From Lytechinus pictus (lineage: Eukaryota): 64,000 nt of DNA. The DNA lies in assembly GCF_037042905.1 (NCBI RefSeq), contig NC_087249.1:42718001-42782000 (forward strand). Reading direction: 5' to 3'. Below the pieces are notes generated by a model that was not told the DNA's origin, ran no database searches, and saw only the letters and a program-made list of their open reading frames with translations. Position 1 is the stretch's first letter. Each line of letters starts with the position of its first letter. The position numbers and the translations under genes were made by a program. Of this stretch, positions 63,202 through 64,000 are shown one piece after another.

Positions 63202-63480
63202 GCTTCTATTCTGCTATTCCAAGACGAATAATCGAACTCATTCGCCATCCACCACTTTCAATAGTCATCATCCAGCTAAAATGGTCACAACAACATAAAA
63301 TACTCCACAGAAACGGGCTGACAGTATATTCCAGTAAGTAGTCCCAACGAGTTACAGCAATCGTATAGAGTCCAAGTTGGCCGTGTGTGTAGGCCACAAA
63401 CGGCGATGGTACTGTGTCGCTCAAGGGAACAGAGCGGAAATTGCTAGTTCCTGTGTACTGTCGTGCAGGCCAAGTGCTAT
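63202..63480 (-). other. Candidate non-coding first exon of sprouty
   Basis: Strong donor AAGC|gtaagtat with the exon ending at 63202, in CpG-rich, repeat-free sequence about 8.4 kb upstream of the coding-exon acceptor. The 5' boundary is approximate. An alternative strong donor GAAA|gtgagtat lies at 57532. Confidence 0.4.
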
Positions 63481-63900
63481 AATACTCCCGTATGCTTTAT
63501 TTACCGGTACACGGGGGGCCTCGAATTCTTTTCACCCAGTCACATATCCCTCGAAGTTCGGCCGCTCGAAGTCACGGCATGAATTCCGTTCATATGCAAA
63601 TACAGGGGCGTGCAAATAGTGTGTGTACGGGCGAGTGCACCTTGAATCTAGGGGTGGGTAGTTTGATTATGACGAGCGCATGCCCACATGCGGGATTATC
63701 ATTCACATACCAGCTAATCAAGTGATTTCCGGTTTGAAACAATACCCCTCTGGTTGCGCACCCTCCATTCGAATCCAAGACGGATTGGCCCGGTTTTTCT
63801 TTAACTGCTTGACAGCCAAAGCCGCCTGCTCATACGCGATGATATCGAGATAATTATCCGGCGTGGCTCTATCCCTCACAGCTCTGCAGAAATGAAGGCA
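63480..63900 (-). promoter_or_regulatory. Candidate sprouty proximal promoter
   Basis: CpG-rich. Contains octamer ATGCAAAT (~63594), ETS core CCGGAA on the minus strand (~63727) and CCAAT on the minus strand (~63784), immediately upstream of the candidate first exon. Confidence 0.3.
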
Positions 63901-64000
63901 ACAAGGGCCACCCCCTCTCGGCGATGATGGATCATTCCAGCCCCTCCGAAGGATGGTAGGTTGCGAATGATTTGCGACGCCGTAATCTCCCGGGGATCAG

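Overview
AT-rich animal genomic DNA with two assembly gaps (16557-16874, 18641-19112). The repeat landscape suggests a marine invertebrate deuterostome, probably a sea urchin; this is an inference, not a database match. One protein-coding gene is clear: a single-coding-exon Sprouty (53989-54813, minus strand), with an NEY motif at Tyr53 and a Cys-rich SPR domain. A candidate non-coding first exon and promoter lie at about 63.2-63.9 kb. The CpG-poor left third appears to be the body of a second, unidentified minus-strand spliced transcript (candidate exons 18441+, 16935-17172, 4981-5209, 381-429), whose first-exon region is split by two hAT-like insertions. The rest is dense with non-autonomous DNA transposons, many with readable TIRs and TSDs: TTAA/Kolobok-like, Tc1-like, hAT-like, Harbinger-like, Merlin-like and a Helentron-like element carrying tandem repeats. 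SINE/LINE scraps and satellites are also present. The most unusual signals are: (i) at least six 12-28 bp CAT...ATG micro-palindromes, each between 7-bp direct repeats, which look like P/Galileo-superfamily excision footprints; (ii) an excess of TACATGTA and TAGGCCTA footprint-like octamers; and (iii) a 3.27-kb composite fold-back element whose ~750-800-bp arms are built from pieces of three different transposon families. No transposase ORF, rRNA, tRNA gene or CRISPR array was seen.
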